Positions 28,010 through 42,962 of a stretch of DNA of 64,000 bases are shown in pieces. The stretch comes from Octopus vulgaris (lineage: Eukaryota). How positions within the stretch are numbered: the stretch's first letter is position 1; every line of letters starts with the position of its first letter. The stretch is from positions 2,976,001 through 3,040,000 of the forward strand of contig OX597823.1 in assembly GCA_951406725.2 (NCBI GenBank), in the 5' to 3' direction. The position numbers and the translations under genes were made by a program. The notes under the pieces were generated by a model. It was not told the origin of the DNA, searched no databases, and saw only the letters and a list, made by a program, of their open reading frames with translations.

Positions 28010-28049
28010 TGCTTGTGGGGAGTTATAACAATACAAAAAGGGACAAACA

Positions 28050-28790
28050 CTGCATAATAAACTGAAAGACATGAGAACATGATAAGATCCCAAACATCGG
28101 GTTAAAATATCTGACGGGGACACAGAAGCTCCCAGAAGACATCTTTGATCACATAGAGTACCAGAGACAACGCGTCGCTGGTTTACTGAGGAGAAAAACC
28201 AAAACAATCGCCGAAACTAATGAAAAAGCTATCTCTAATAAGCTGTTCCCAGCCTTCAAAATCTTAAGCATAATATCACAGAAAATAGATTAAACATCGA
28301 GAAAAAAAGAAGCAATAATAATCTGTATCCAGAAAAGCAAAAGGGAAGCTGCCAAGACTAATGATATGAAGAGGATTAAAATTAAATTTAATAGGAATTT
28401 TGCCATTAATAAATAATAAATCAAAAAACTTTGAAATGAAAAGCTTTATAAAATATTTTATTATTCAATAAATAAAATCATCTAAACCTGTTATAAGATT
28501 GATTTTATATATTTTTTCTCAATTGTTATATATTCTACATTTAATATTCCATTGTTTCCTCTTTAATTACAATTATTTCATTATTAAAAACTAGGAAAGA
28601 GACCCTTTTCATTTTTGATTAACAATGAAAGAACTGAAGACCGTAGAAGAAAGAAGGGTCTGTCCATGGTGTGGATTGACTACCAGAAGGTTTTTAACTG
28701 TATTCGCTACTCGTGGATCCTGGAAATATTAGCCATGAGTAAAATGGCACCAATAATAAGATGTGGACACGTAAAATGTCATGACTAAAT
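28050..28790 (+). mobile_element. Decayed R4/Dong-type RT fragment
   Basis: NNLYPEKQKG and LSMVWIDYQKVFNCIRYSWILEIL (RT motif, ~28660-28735). Confidence 0.7.
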
Positions 28791-29311
28791 GGTAATTAAA
28801 AACTGGGAAGTGCAAGAGCTAATCTGTCGCCATTAACATCGTCTTCATCATCATCATCACCTCCACTCTGCCACCATCATCGTAGTCGTCGCTGCCGTCT
28901 TCGCCACCACTGCTGCCACCTTGTCCTTTTTCTTCTTTGACACGATTTGACAAGAATTTTCTGTTTTGACGCCGTTTGACAAGAATTTGTCATTGATACC
29001 ACTCTTTATTAAGGTTCAACAATAGCCTCCGGGCACTTCAGCTTGGAACCGGTTTCATAATAAACTACCTGTTATCTAACCATTATTTTCGGTGCGGCTC
29101 GCAGACTTTTGCAATCGATCTTTTAGTTCCAGTCGTGTTTTACCAAAGACTTCCATTACAACTGAGTTTATTTCAGCGTATTTCCGACATGTGTGTCGAC
29201 AGCAACAGAACTTACCACTCGTACAGTTTTACAAATTTATTATGTTATTCATTTCTTTGTAAATTCGTTGAGAAATTTGATGATACAAAATAAATAGATT
29301 TTCTTTGCTTT

Positions 29312-29404
<93 letters not shown>

Positions 29405-30125
29405 TTAAGTGTTAGTCTTGTGCGACATAAGATCTTTGTTTCGACTTTGATACTTCGTCAAATCGTTGACTCCGTTTACTTATAATTTGCTATTCCATTG
29501 CTCATAGCTTTAATGGAAGATTCAGTCTATTTTATGTTTCATCCGCTCATTGATAAATATGGCCGCTCTAATTGGTTGGATGTCGAATAGAAAGCATACC
29601 ACACATTATAGTCAGAGCATCCTGGCTGTTTGCATTTTTTAAATGGAGTTTGGATGGATAAGAGGGCTTTTGATTATTGTATTGTACCAGAAGACAGTAT
29701 CTATAACTGCATAAGCCTTCCTTTATGTCAGGTGACGTACAACTGCTTACGATGATGAATTCCAATCGTTTTTTAATCCAGTAAAATAATTATTTTGTTT
29801 ATTTTGCCTTTCAATACAAAAAATAGTCTCTTTTTGTAGCAACAGTTCCGTGAATGTTGAAGAGAGTGATCAAAAAATATCTACGCAATGACAATACTAT
29901 TTCTTCATGTCTCTATCTAACTATTGGTCCAGATTGATTAGGCTTGTATCCCTTGTTTTGGTTAAAACACGAAAAAACACGACAAACACCTCCTTCTCCT
30001 TTCACGCCTGAAGATCATGTTTCAGTTGATATTGTAGCAGAAAGACTTGCTCGAATTTATATTTAGGATGTTTAAATTTGAAACCCAAACATGTTGGCGA
30101 ATAGCATTACAATATTTGAAAATAT

Positions 30126-30335
30126 TAGTTTCAAATTTCGGCACAAGGCCAGCAGTTTTGAGGATGGGGTAAGTCGACACCAGTACTCATCGACACCAGT
30201 ACTCAACTGGTATCTATTTCATCGACGCCGAAAGGATGAAATGCAAAGTCGAACCTTGGCGGAATTTGAATCCAGAATGTAAAGTCGGACGAAATGCCTC
30301 TAAGCATTTTTCCCGGCGTACGAAGCATTCTGCTG
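30126..30335 (-). mobile_element. SINE family A
   Basis: Multi-copy match. Confidence 0.78.
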
Positions 30336-30561
30336 CAAGATTGCAGAATCATTAGGACGCCGGGGAAAATCATTGAGCTGTTAATAGCAGCTTCTTGGCG
30401 ATCTGAGTTCACTCCCTCGTTCTGACCCTCTTTTGATTCATTTCACCTACGTTGTAAAGCTTTTAGGAAAGGGTCACAACTAACCCCTTTGCAGATCTTT
30501 ATATTTATGTCGGGTAAGAAACAGTTGCCATTCTTATTCTTGTTGCTGAAAACATACCGAC

Positions 30562-31140
30562 AGGTGGTGGTGGTGGTGGTGGCAGCCACGGAGGCGGCAG
30601 CGGTGGCGGCGGAGGCAGTGGCGGCGGCATGGCAGCGGCGGCGGTGGCGCTTGTGGTGTAGGTGTTGATGATGGTGTCGATGACGGGTCAGGATGGTGCT
30701 CGTGGCGTAGGTCTTGATGGTGGCGATAGTGGCGATAGTGGCGATGGCGGCGATAGTAGTGGTGGTGGTGGTTTTGGCGGCGGCGGCGGCGGTGGCGGTG
30801 GTGGTGGTGGTGGTGGTGGTGGCGGTGGTGGTGGTGGTGGTGGTGGTGGTGGTGGTGGTGGTGGTGGTGGTGGTGGTGGTGGTGGTGGTGGTGGTGGTGG
30901 TGGTGGTGGTGGTGGTGGTGGTGGCGGTGGCGGTGGTGATGGTGGTGGTGGTGGTGGTGGTGGTGGTGGTGGTGGTGGTGGTGGTGGTGGTGGTGGTGGT
31001 GGTGGTGGTGGGTGGTGGTGGTGGTGGTGTTGGTTTTGGTGGTGGTGGTGGTGGTGGTGGTGGTGGTGGTGGTGGTGGTGGTGGTGGTGGTGGTGGTGGC
31101 GGTGGTGGTGGTGTTGGTGGTAGAGGAGGAGGAGGAGGCT
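30562..31140. repeat. (GGT/GGC)n tract
   Basis: Direct reading. Confidence 0.95.
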
Positions 31141-31639
31141 GAGGTATGCCTATGATCGTGTTGGTCATGTTGCTGTTTCCGCTACAGTTGATGATTGCGA
31201 CGACGACGACGACGATGGCGATGATGTCACGTTATTTCTTTATTGTCGTTTGATGTTGCTAAAAGGCTGTCTGGTTTTGTGATAATTACTTTTCATGATT
31301 AAACTATAAAATCAATACATGATGCTGGTTATTGGAGGTGATGGTGATGGTCGTGGTCTCTCTCATTTATTTATATATTATTGCTGTTGTTGTTGTTGCT
31401 GTTGTTGTTGTTAGGAAGAGAAGGTGGGTGGGGGGCGGAGGGGATGGAATGGTATTTAATTTCGGCCTTTTACGTTTCTCAGTTTAAAATATCGGCGGGG
31501 GTTAACTTTGCCTTTAATCACTTTGAGTTCGATAAAATAAATTACCTGTGATGAATAGCGTCTATCTATCTGATCGATAATAGATAGACGCTATTCTTTG
31601 CCTACACATTTCTGGCCTTCTCAGAAAAGAAAACCTTAC

Positions 31640-31640
31640 T

Positions 31641-31686
<46 letters not shown>

Positions 31687-31687
31687 C

Positions 31688-31744
<57 letters not shown>

Positions 31745-31895
31745 GGTGGTGGTGGTGGTGGTGGTGGTGGTAGTGGTGGTTGTCGTGGTGGTGGTGGTGG
31801 TGGTGGTGGTGGTGGTGGTGGTGGTGGTGGTGGTGGTGGTGGTGGCGGCGGTGGCGGTGGTGGTGGCAGCGGTGGTAGCGTCGGCGGTGGCGGAT
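31640..31895. repeat. (CAG)(TAG)(GGT)n compound tract
   Basis: Direct reading. Confidence 0.95.
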
Positions 31896-32124
31896 CGGCG
31901 TTAGGGCGGTGGGTTTGACTCGGCTGCTACATTACTTAACTTATCTGATCCCTATTCTCATTGTGCTCTGATTTCATTTCACCCTTAATAAGGGTCCATT
32001 TGGCCTTTCCTCAAATAATTAGGTGACCTCTTAGCCTGTCTTCAAGTGGCATTTTCCTTGGCCTGTCTTCAAATGGGGGAACCCTTTGACCTGTTTTGAA
32101 ATAAATAGGGGTCCAATCCGGTGA

Positions 32125-32437
32125 AGGCGTGTAGCTTAGTGGGGAGGGTATTCGGCTCAAGATCTTAAGGTCGTGAGTTCGATTCCTGGCGACGCGTTGC
32201 GTCGTTGAGCAAGACACTTTATTTCACGTTACTCTGGTGCATTCTGTTGGCAAAAATGAGATGTACCCGTATTTCAAAGGGGCCAGCTTTGTCACATTCT
32301 GTGTTACTTTGAATCTCCTTGATATTAAGGGTACTTGTCTGTGGAGTGCTCAGCCACTTGGACGTTAATTTCACGAGCAGGCTGTTCTATTGATCGGATC
32401 AATTGGAAACCTCGTCGTCGTAACCGACGGAGGACCA
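32125..32437 (+). mobile_element. tRNA-headed SINE family D
   Basis: A/B boxes; body shared with 58467-58791 and 63480-63657. Confidence 0.82.
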
Positions 32438-32655
32438 GTAGAGAGATCCAATCCGATGTAGTTGACTGTACGAACTTGTACCTCGTTTATCGTTTATCTA
32501 GTTTTTGATGTTGATGTTGTTGTTGATGATATTAACGAAGATCTTGCTCTCGTTTAGCTCTATGTCAGCCCTGATCGACCAGACCTCCATAATCAAAAAG
32601 CATTCCATCCATGCCAGTCTAGTATCTTCCTTTTTATTTATTTCTTGTATTAATA

Positions 32656-32886
32656 TATTTCTTTATTGCCCACAAGGGGCTAAACACAGAGGGGACAAAC
32701 AAGGACAGACAAAAGGATTAAGTTGATTACATCGACCTCCGTGCGAAACTGGTACTTAATTTATCGACCCCGAAAGGATGAAAGGCAAAGTCGATCTCGG
32801 TGGAATTTGAACTCAGAACGTAACGACAGACGAAATACCGCTGAGCATTTCGCCCGACGCGCTAACGTTTCTGCCAGCTCGCCGCC
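32656..32886 (-). mobile_element. SINE family A
   Basis: Multi-copy match. Confidence 0.87.
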
Positions 32887-34629
32887 TAATATTAATAGTT
32901 ACAATATGTCTCCAGGGCTCCATAAGTATCACTGGCCATAATTGTTGTTGTTGTTGTTGTTGCTGAAGGTGGTGGTGACGGCGGTGGTGGCAGCGGCGGC
33001 GGAGGTAATGTTTAGCCTCAAGCCAGGCCTTTTGAATAAGACCAACAACCAAACCTGTTCGTCTCATCTTTGTTCTAATTTATCCAAGAATACATTCATT
33101 CTACATGCATATGCATCCTTCTTGTTTTTTTTATGGTGGTAGGGCGTGGTTAGAAGGAGAATTGGTTACCATTTCTGACTGGTCGATCGAGGACACCCAC
33201 CTTCCCCATGACGCGGTAAACGTGGCCATCGTGGTTGGCGCTGTTTATTTCTGCTATCTTTTGTCTTTGTCCAGCTTTGTATTAAAACAAGGGATTATCT
33301 AAATGGGTTGAAACTCAATACTGTTAATCTCTTGAAATGAGATCAGACTATTTTATTTGTTTCGTTTATATTCTTTTTTTTTTTATATTTTGTGTTCTAT
33401 TGTTTGCAATATTGTCGAGGAAAAAAGGAATTGGACAGAAATCTAAAACAAACGCGAAGGGAACAAATTGAAAACACACGAATAGAATGATGTCACTTGA
33501 AATTCTGCTTCGATAATCTTATATTCATGCATACACACATACATGCATACATACATACATACATACATACATACATACATACATACATACATACATACAT
33601 ACGTACGTACGTACGTACGTACGTACGTGCGTGCGTGCGTGCGTGCGTGTGTGTAAATTTAGTAAGCTTCGATCAGTTCGTAGAAGGTATTGAAAAACAA
33701 CTTTCAGGAACAATAATATTTTATTGGCATCGAAGGTTGTAGGTTTTTCCCGTATCGAAGTTCGATAAGCTGAAAAAAGTTATTCATAATTCACGGATCG
33801 CAACTAGGGTTGCTATGAATGCGAATGCAAACCCAAATTTAGGGAATCTAGTGCATAAATCCACCCTACATATGTTTCCTAGCAGATCCTTGGAAGTAAT
33901 AATTAGTCAACGAGCGGTACTCCGCTGGCTGCTCATTAGGCTGAATACACCTTAGTTAAATGAAGGTTATATAGTTGTCAAAGGATTACAAATTAACTCG
34001 CCGGAAATGTAATTTAAAAAGGATTATATATCGGATTATATAAGTGTGTGTCTGTGTGTGTGTACAGAGACCTTTTATCCAACAATGTCTGAATAAACCC
34101 ATGTAAACACTATGTCTTCCGACATTCCCTTATTCCCGGAATTCACCCAACACTTCTCCTCACCTACACATCCACCCTTCCTTTTTTATGGTTCTCTTTA
34201 AAGGTCGCTTTTTCTCTATTCTTCTGTTTTATTCGAAGTACCGCGCGTGTATTTCTAGCTTTCGTTACTATCTTTCTTTATATGACTTCTACGTCTGCCT
34301 TCTGTCGCCTCTTTTAACCTTTTCCGACCAATTGTAATCCAGTTGAGCACTGCCTACAATAAAATCATTACAACCAGCCAGGCAACGTCTTCGCTACACT
34401 TGCGGCACCTGCCAGCGGGAGTGTTTGTCCAGGATAGGACTACACAGCCACAGCAGGAGATGTATCAGGACATGAAAGGTAAAAGCCGGACTAGATTATT
34501 TTATGCGCAACCCCATTGTCTCCTGAAACGAAAAGGATGCCAACAACAACAACAACAATACTTTATAGATTATTTTAATAACATGGTGGACAGAAAAGAG
34601 GGATCACCTGGTCTCCTTTCAATTCCATT

Positions 34630-34819
34630 CTTTTATTTGTTTCAGTCATTTGACTACGGCCCTGCTGGAGTACTGCCTTTAGTCGAACAAATCAACCCCA
34701 TGCCTTATTCTTTGTAAGACTAGTACTTATTCTAACGCTCACTTTTGCTGAATCGTTAAGTTACTGGGACGTAAACACACTAATATCGGTTGTTAAGCAA
34801 TGGTGGGGGACAAACACAA

Positions 34820-34885
<66 letters not shown>

Positions 34886-35026
34886 GACGGGCTTCTTTCA
34901 CAAGGCTTTGGTTGGTCCGAGGCTATAGCAGAAGACACTTGCCTAAATTGCCGCGTAGTGGGAACTGAACCCGGAACCATGTGGTTGGGAAGCAAGCTTC
35001 TTACCACACAGCCACTCCTTCGCCTA
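34630..35026 (-). mobile_element. SINE family B
   Basis: Multi-copy match. Confidence 0.85.
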
Positions 35027-35190
35027 TAGCTGTAGATATTTTGCAGAACTGTATGTAGAGACAGGTGGAGACACCTAGTATTTATAGTCAGATGTAAACT
35101 ACTTATCTTTGTATATCTTTTATTGGCGTATTCTCTAGTACAGCATAAATCAAAGTATAAATGGATAGGTAGATAGATAGAAAGATAGAT

Positions 35191-35264
<74 letters not shown>

Positions 35265-35349
35265 GCATATAGATTTACGTTTAAACATAAACCCTAGGGT
35301 AATTAAGTTCGCTACCACACATAACACAACGACAGAATCCTTAGTACAA

Positions 35350-35580
35350 GGCGGCGAGCTGGCAGAAACGTTAGCACGCCGGACGAAATGCTTAGCAGTA
35401 TTTCGTCTGCCGCTACGTTCTGAGTTCAAATTCCGCTGAGGTCGACTTTGCCTTTCATCCTTTCGGGGTCGATTAAATAAGTACCAGTTACGCACTGGGG
35501 TTGATATAATCGACTTAATCCGTGTGTCTGTCCTTGTTTGTCCTCTCTGTGTTTAGCCCCTTGTGGGTAGTAAAGAAATA
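35350..35580 (+). mobile_element. SINE family A with 16-bp TSD, followed by an older partial copy (35603-35770)
   Basis: TSD agaatccttagtacaa on both sides. Confidence 0.9.
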
Positions 35581-35865
35581 AGAATCCTTAGTACAAGGCT
35601 TAACGGCATTTCGTCTGTCTTTACGTTCTGAGTTCAAATTCCGCCGACGTTGACTTCGTCTTTTATCCTTTCGGAAGTCAGTAAACTATGCACCAGTTCA
35701 GCACTGGGATCGATGTAATCGGTTTACCCCCTGCCCCGAAATTACTGGCCTTGTACCAAACTCTGAAATCAAGATTAGACAACCTTAAGTATATTATAGG
35801 AAATTATAATACAGACACACACACATGTACATAGACGCGCGCGCGCGCGTGTGTGTATGTGTGTA

Positions 35866-36125
35866 GACGCATGGCTTAGTGTTTAAGGTGTTGCGCTCAC
35901 GATCGCAGGATCATGGTTTCGAAACCCAGACTGGTGTGTTCTTGAGCAAAACACTTCATTTCAAGTTGGTCCAGTCCACTCGACTGTAGATGAGAAACCT
36001 TGCGAATGACTATCGCTCCAGTTCAGATGGAATGTGGAGCGGCCTGCTTGATTGTACCATTTGAAAGCTAAAGCAATGCGAAGAAGTGCAGTGTGACCAG
36101 CGGTATATAACGACATCCGATGGTC
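35866..36125 (+). mobile_element. tRNA-headed SINE (C-type tail)
   Basis: Tail similar to 44010-44105. Confidence 0.7.
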
Positions 36126-36611
36126 TATTCCATATACTGATACAGTGGTGTATGTATGTGTGTATGAGTATATGTACGTGCGTGTGTGTGTGTGGAGAGA
36201 GGGAGAGAGAGAGCCCTGTGGAGGGATGATAATCTCCTGGGACGCTGCCTCCAGAAAGTATGTTCCATTTGGATTCTTTACCTCCACGCATAATGAATTC
36301 TGCCAAATTAATTTGTCCTCACATTCCAAGAAGAGGAAGCTTTTGTAATAACCTTCGAAACCTTTAAAGATCATAAGGATATTTCTATTTTGAGAGTATT
36401 TTAATGTAATAAAGGGCAGCCACTTAACAGAGACGCTACACCATCTTATCGGTTGCCTTTCTTTCATCTCATCCAGTCCTGTGTTCAAGTGTTATCGAGG
36501 TCCATTTAAACTTTCATCGTTCAGGGGCCATAAGATATGTATATCAAAGTTTATTCAACCAATTATATGACTTCTTTATAAAATTAATCCGGTACAGAAA
36601 TAAGACAACAT

Positions 36612-36750
36612 TGGTTTCAAATTTTGGCACAAGGCCAGCAAAGTCAGGAGGAGGGGTACATTGATTATATCGACCCCCCAGTGATCTACTGGTACTTATT
36701 TTATTGACCCCAAAAGAATGAAAAGCATGCTAACGATTCTAACAGCCCGC
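36612..36750 (-). mobile_element. SINE family A fragment
   Basis: Multi-copy match. Confidence 0.7.
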
Positions 36751-37176
36751 AAGCACACACACATAGACAAACACAGAAACACTCACACAACCACATGTAC
36801 GCACGTGAGTATATTATGATTTTATATAATACACTTAATGTTATCTAACATTATTGCTGTGTTGTGGATGTTGAATGGGGTTTTGTTTTGTTTTGTTTTG
36901 TTTTCACTGGTTTCTGTTTAGAATGATTCATAATAGCTTATGTTCTCTTTGTCTGGTTTGTTGTGTGAATTAATGAATTGTGCGAAAATTGTTCTTAGAA
37001 TTGATTCCGGTTGAATCAATAGACTCCAACAACAATCAATACGTCTGATAATTGGTTGGATGTCCTAATAATGAGTTTCGCTGGTAATTACACAAGTAAT
37101 TACTTAGTAATACCTCGATGAGTTGGAACTCTACAGAATGGTTTTCAATCTAAGAATGAAACAACGAAGAATAACC

Positions 37177-37293
<117 letters not shown>

Positions 37294-37409
37294 CGCAACA
37301 CAACACACACAAAATATAATAAAAGAACCAAAAACTGAAGAATTGCCGACAACTGAATTAATGAAAGTGTTGAACTCCCATCTAAAGGAAGCGAAGTATG
37401 TATCTAGCC

Positions 37410-37597
37410 ACAGGTACTTCATTAAATCTACCTATTAATACAGGTACTTCATTAAATCTACCTATTAATACAGGAACTTCATTAAATCTACCCATTAGTA
37501 CAGGTAATTCATTAAATCTACCTATTAATACAAGTACTTCATTAAATCTACCTATTATTACAGGCACTTCATTAAATCTACCCATTAATACAGGTAC
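37410..37597. repeat. 30-bp minisatellite, about 6.3 copies
   Basis: Unit acaggtacttcattaaatctacctattaat. Confidence 0.95.
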
Positions 37598-39864
37598 CGA
37601 ATGAGTCCCACTTCCCAGAACAGTTTATCCCCAACTGGTCGAGTTGACCTGACTGCAAATACGTAGGTACCTTATGGTAGTATCAACTATCATCGATTCA
37701 GGGGAGCTCAGTGGAACCCCATCGACTGGTCCGTGTGTGCCTCTAGCACAGTCCACTCTGTTTCAAGCCTTCAGACAAGACTCCTGAGATCCTCCTGTCC
37801 AAGTTATTTTGTTTTGTTTTTTTACAGAAGACATTGACCAACAAATATTCAAGGTGAGCAATGGTCGCATCCATCTGACCAGTCTAGGAAAAACCAAACC
37901 CTTACCTTTCATTAAATTGATGAGAGTTTTGTTAATTGACAATGCAAAATTTAACTTTTTGCATTGGTTGTAGTGGTTATAGTTTGCAAATATATACGAC
38001 ATGAAGGGGTCTTTAGATACATGGATTACGGAACTAAAGAAAAAAATTTAATTAAATAAATAATAAAACCTCTATAGAATTATTTTCTGAACGTTTAGTA
38101 GATTTGTTTGATGCATCTTTAACGCCATTCCCCAATAACTTTACCTTTCTAATCCCAAACATTGATCGTCCAATATCTCCGAGGCGCCATGTTGCTGTTT
38201 TTATAAGCATCGCCACTTTTGTTACAGACTTTTACTAAGTAAATATCAGATATTGTGTTTTGCCAACTTTAGATAATCTTTTGAAGTCGTTGGATGACTA
38301 ACTTCTTCAAAGGGAGACTAAGTCTTTGGGAATTTTGCAAATCTATTTCCTTTTGTTCTTGTTTTTTTTTTTATCTTTTTTCTTTTTTCTAATTCCAGAC
38401 AGAAAGTGCGTATATCTAACTGTATGAGTATGCAAAAAACAAAAATGGAGAAACAAAGAAGGAAAAGAAAAGAAAGGAAGAAAGAGTGCAGAAGAGACAG
38501 ACAGAGAGCGATAAATAGAGAAAGAAAGAAAGAGAGACAATAAAAGAAAAATAGAGAAAGGATGGGGAGAGATGCATCGCATTTGACATTTGTACAATTT
38601 GATGACGATGTTTGTTGTTTCGAATGTTAAACCTCATCACAACCAAACCTCCGCCTCATTACTTTTGGTCTGAATCTATTGTTATATATTTCATGTATTA
38701 GGATTTTTCCTCTTCTTTCCTCCTCCTCTTTTTCTTTTTTACTTTTTGTTCTTTTTCTTCTTCTTTCTGATTTACATAAGTTCTACTTTTTTTTCTCCGA
38801 ATTCTTTTTTGGTAAACACAGCCAACACATAACTTAATCTTCCTGGAATATATGCGGGCGCGCATGAGAGAGAGAGAACGAGAGAGAGAAAGAGAGAGAG
38901 AGAGAGGAGAGTTTGAGGAGAGTCTGGTATATTTTAATATTCATATAAAATAATGCATGCACTTATACAATCGGCTATATTTCTGAGTGTAGCGTACACA
39001 AATAATACATACACACACGCGTGTGCGCGCATACACACACACACATATGGTTCGTGTGTGTATATATGAACGTCATATTTAATCATCTCGGGACTGCCCC
39101 GACGCATCTAAAGAGCATTATCTTCTTATTTCTTGACATTTCTTGTTTTGTTCATCTCTTCTCCGCTTTTACTCATTTATCTATTTGTCTATTTATTTAT
39201 TTTACTATCATTAAATTATTTTCGTGAAATCTATTGAATATATTGAAATATATTTGGACACTTCAAACAATCACACTCCCAGAATACCGTAGAATACCGG
39301 CCATAGTCTGCAACGCGATTCCTTCATCAAAACTGTGATTGTCCATTAGCAACAAAGTAAGCGTTTCGTTTTGCCATTGAGTTTTATCTTACTTCTCCCA
39401 GATGCTCTTTTGCTTTCAGGATATAAGTCACCCAAGTAGGCTTTCGCATCAACATGTGAAATAACGATTTCTTAGATGAGTACAGACCATCACGTGTTCT
39501 GAGGAAGAATGGATTGAAGAATTCATTGAATCGATTACAGTATATGACTGGTATTTATTTTAATCGATCACGGAGTGGAGATGGGGCTGAAAGAAAAGTC
39601 GCATTTTATAAGATTCTGAGCAAAGATTAAACTATGTAAAGCTTACCATTTAATCCAATATTTTAACGTTTCGGATTCATCACATCTTCCAAAACATCTC
39701 TTCTGTGATTTTTTGATATAATTTTTCCTGCTTTTACTTCATGATATATAATCGCTCCAAGTGAATCTCTAAACACCTTTAAGGTTTAGACATTTCTCAT
39801 ACCAAGAGCACTTATCTAAAATCCAGTTCACTTTATTTTCATTGAATATATTGGATTAACTGTG

Positions 39865-39955
<91 letters not shown>

Positions 39956-39964
39956 CACACTCAT

Positions 39965-40370
39965 ATAAACTTACATAAAGTTAGATATGTTTCGACCAAA
40001 GATCGGTCCAGGCCATGTCTAACTTAATAACACCACATGATAGGATTATCTAAATCCTTTCTAAGTTTTGTGGTATTATGATCCATTCAAGTAGTGAGTT
40101 CTTGTTGAGTGAGTTGTATCCAGGTATAGGTGGCTTATCTGATATTCTCTGAAGAAATTTATCCAGACTCCGTTTAAAGGTGATGGGATCCTTTTCCTCT
40201 TTGATCAGTTTTGGGACAATGTTAAACAGAGCAGGGCCTGTTGAGGAAAAGAAACTGTGTCGCAATGTACCTATATGTTGTGATCCTGAATTGGACAGAG
40301 GACGTATGGCCCGTGGTTCCAGCCTTGGATGAACCTGGAAACTAATGTTCAGGTAGTTTGTGCAAATGAT
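39965..40370 (-). mobile_element. CR1/L2-group LINE 3' fragment with terminal stem-loop
   Basis: FFSSTGPALFNIVPKLIKE..FKRSLDKFLQRISDKPPIPGY..NSL. Confidence 0.8.
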
Positions 40371-40422
40371 ATACCGCTCGCGACTGCGCTGGAGAGAGAA
40401 GAGTTTCAAGGCTACATATACA

Positions 40423-40500
<78 letters not shown>

Positions 40501-41546
40501 TGTTTTATGATGACTCGTCACTTTCTTCGTGCCGGAACCAGCTCTTTACAGCAGCAGCTAATGCTTCATCTTTCTCAAATGTAGTCTGTTCAACCTATCT
40601 TTGTTTTTCACGACTTTCTTTGAATTTCTCGATTCGATTGTTTCAGTTTATTTTGGTAAGACATTTTATTTTTGATTAAAAAACAAACCAGCAAAAATCT
40701 TTTTTTCTTTTTCCATTTGATGTTCTTAAACTTGTTACTATAACATTTATTTATCTCGGCACGATGCAACATGTTTAGCGCTGTTGAAAGCTGTTTTTTC
40801 TTTGGATTAGTCCTTTTGTTCATGCAATTTAACACTTATTATAAATGTTATTTCCTAAGAATGTTCAGTTAATTTTTTTCTTTTTCGTTTGTTTTGTGCA
40901 TTTGAAATAATTAAATTCCCATCAAATTCAGAACACGCTTATAATCCTCACATAATGCGATTCCATACTAATAATATTTAATATTAAAGGATTTATTCAT
41001 GAATATTGTCATCAGTTTAATATTAGTTAATGAGAGATATCTGGTTGAGATATCCGCCATTTTAATATGTGATAAAATGTTGACTGCATACATAATGGGC
41101 AAATAAATAGCGGGCGAGAGGAACCGCAGTATGCTAAAATCACGTGACCTGGTAGTGCCGGTGCTTCTGCCAGACGGTTCTCATTTGCTACCGATATATG
41201 TCTGTGCACTTAGCACCGTGCATCTAAATGAGAAGATCTCTCGAGGTGAATACCGCAGTAATACGACATTCAAAAAATACATCTATGTTAAATGGGATAT
41301 AAAAATTGCCATTCAGAAGTAATACTGCTTCGATCGCAAATATTTATATAGAGAATTATGTGTATATCGATTGTTAATAAATTCCGGTTGACTTTAACGC
41401 GAGCCTGGCTTTTCGCTGATGAATTTCGTCATCGTACCACAACTCCTCCCTCTCTACAATGTACAAAACAATTGACTGGCTCCAACACCGAAATACCATG
41501 TTCAGGATTTCACATTCAAGTCTGCCGGAACATATTAAGCTTGGAT

Positions 41547-41912
41547 GTACATACATACATGTATGCATACATACATATATACATACAAACATAAATACAT
41601 ACAAGCGTAAATACATACATAATACATACATACGTACATACATACATACATACATACATACATACATACATACATACATACATACATACATACATACATA
41701 CATACATACATACATACATACATACATACATACATACATACATACATACATACATACATACATAGATACATACATACATGCATACATACATACATACATA
41801 CACACATACACATGAATACATACATACATACATACATACATACATACATACATACATACATACACACATACATACATACATTCATTCATACATACATACA
41901 TACATACATACA

Positions 41913-41944
<32 letters not shown>

Positions 41945-42962
41945 CTCATATATACATATACTCATACATACATACATACATACATACATATACTCATACA
42001 TACATACATACATACATACACACACACATACATACATACATACATACATACATACATACATACATACATACATACATACACATACATACATACATACATA
42101 CATACATACACACATACATACATACATACATACATACATACATACATACATACATACATACATACATACATACATACATACATACATAAATACATACACA
42201 CATACATACATACATAAATACATACACACATACATACATACATACATACATACATACATACACACATACATACATACATACATACATACATACATACATA
42301 CATACATACATACATACATACATACATACATACATACATACATACATACATACATACATACATACACATACATACATACATACATACATACATACATTCA
42401 TACATACATACATACATACATAAATACATACACATACATACATACTTATATACATACATACATACATACATACATACATACATACATACATACATACATA
42501 CATACATACATACATACATACATACATACATACATACATACATACATACATACATACATACATACATACATACATACATACATACATACATACATACATT
42601 CATACATACATACATGCATACATACATACATACACACATACACATGAATACATACATACATTCATACATACATACATACATACATTCATTCATACATACA
42701 TACATAAATACATACACACATACATACATACTTATATACATACATACATACATACATACATAACATACATACATACACACATACATACATACATACATAC
42801 ATACATACATACACACATACATACATACACACATACATACATACATACATAACATACACACATACATACATACATACATAACATACATACATACTTATAT
42901 ACATACATACATACATACATACATACATACATACATACATACATACATACATACATACATAC
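41547..42962. repeat. ~1.4 kb (TACA)n tract
   Basis: Direct reading. Confidence 0.95.

Noticed and set aside
37410-37597. 30-bp repeat as a CRISPR array
   Set aside because: Units are contiguous with no unique spacers; eukaryotic context and no cas genes
41130-41150. TCACGTGA E-box as a promoter
   Set aside because: No associated gene or other supporting signal
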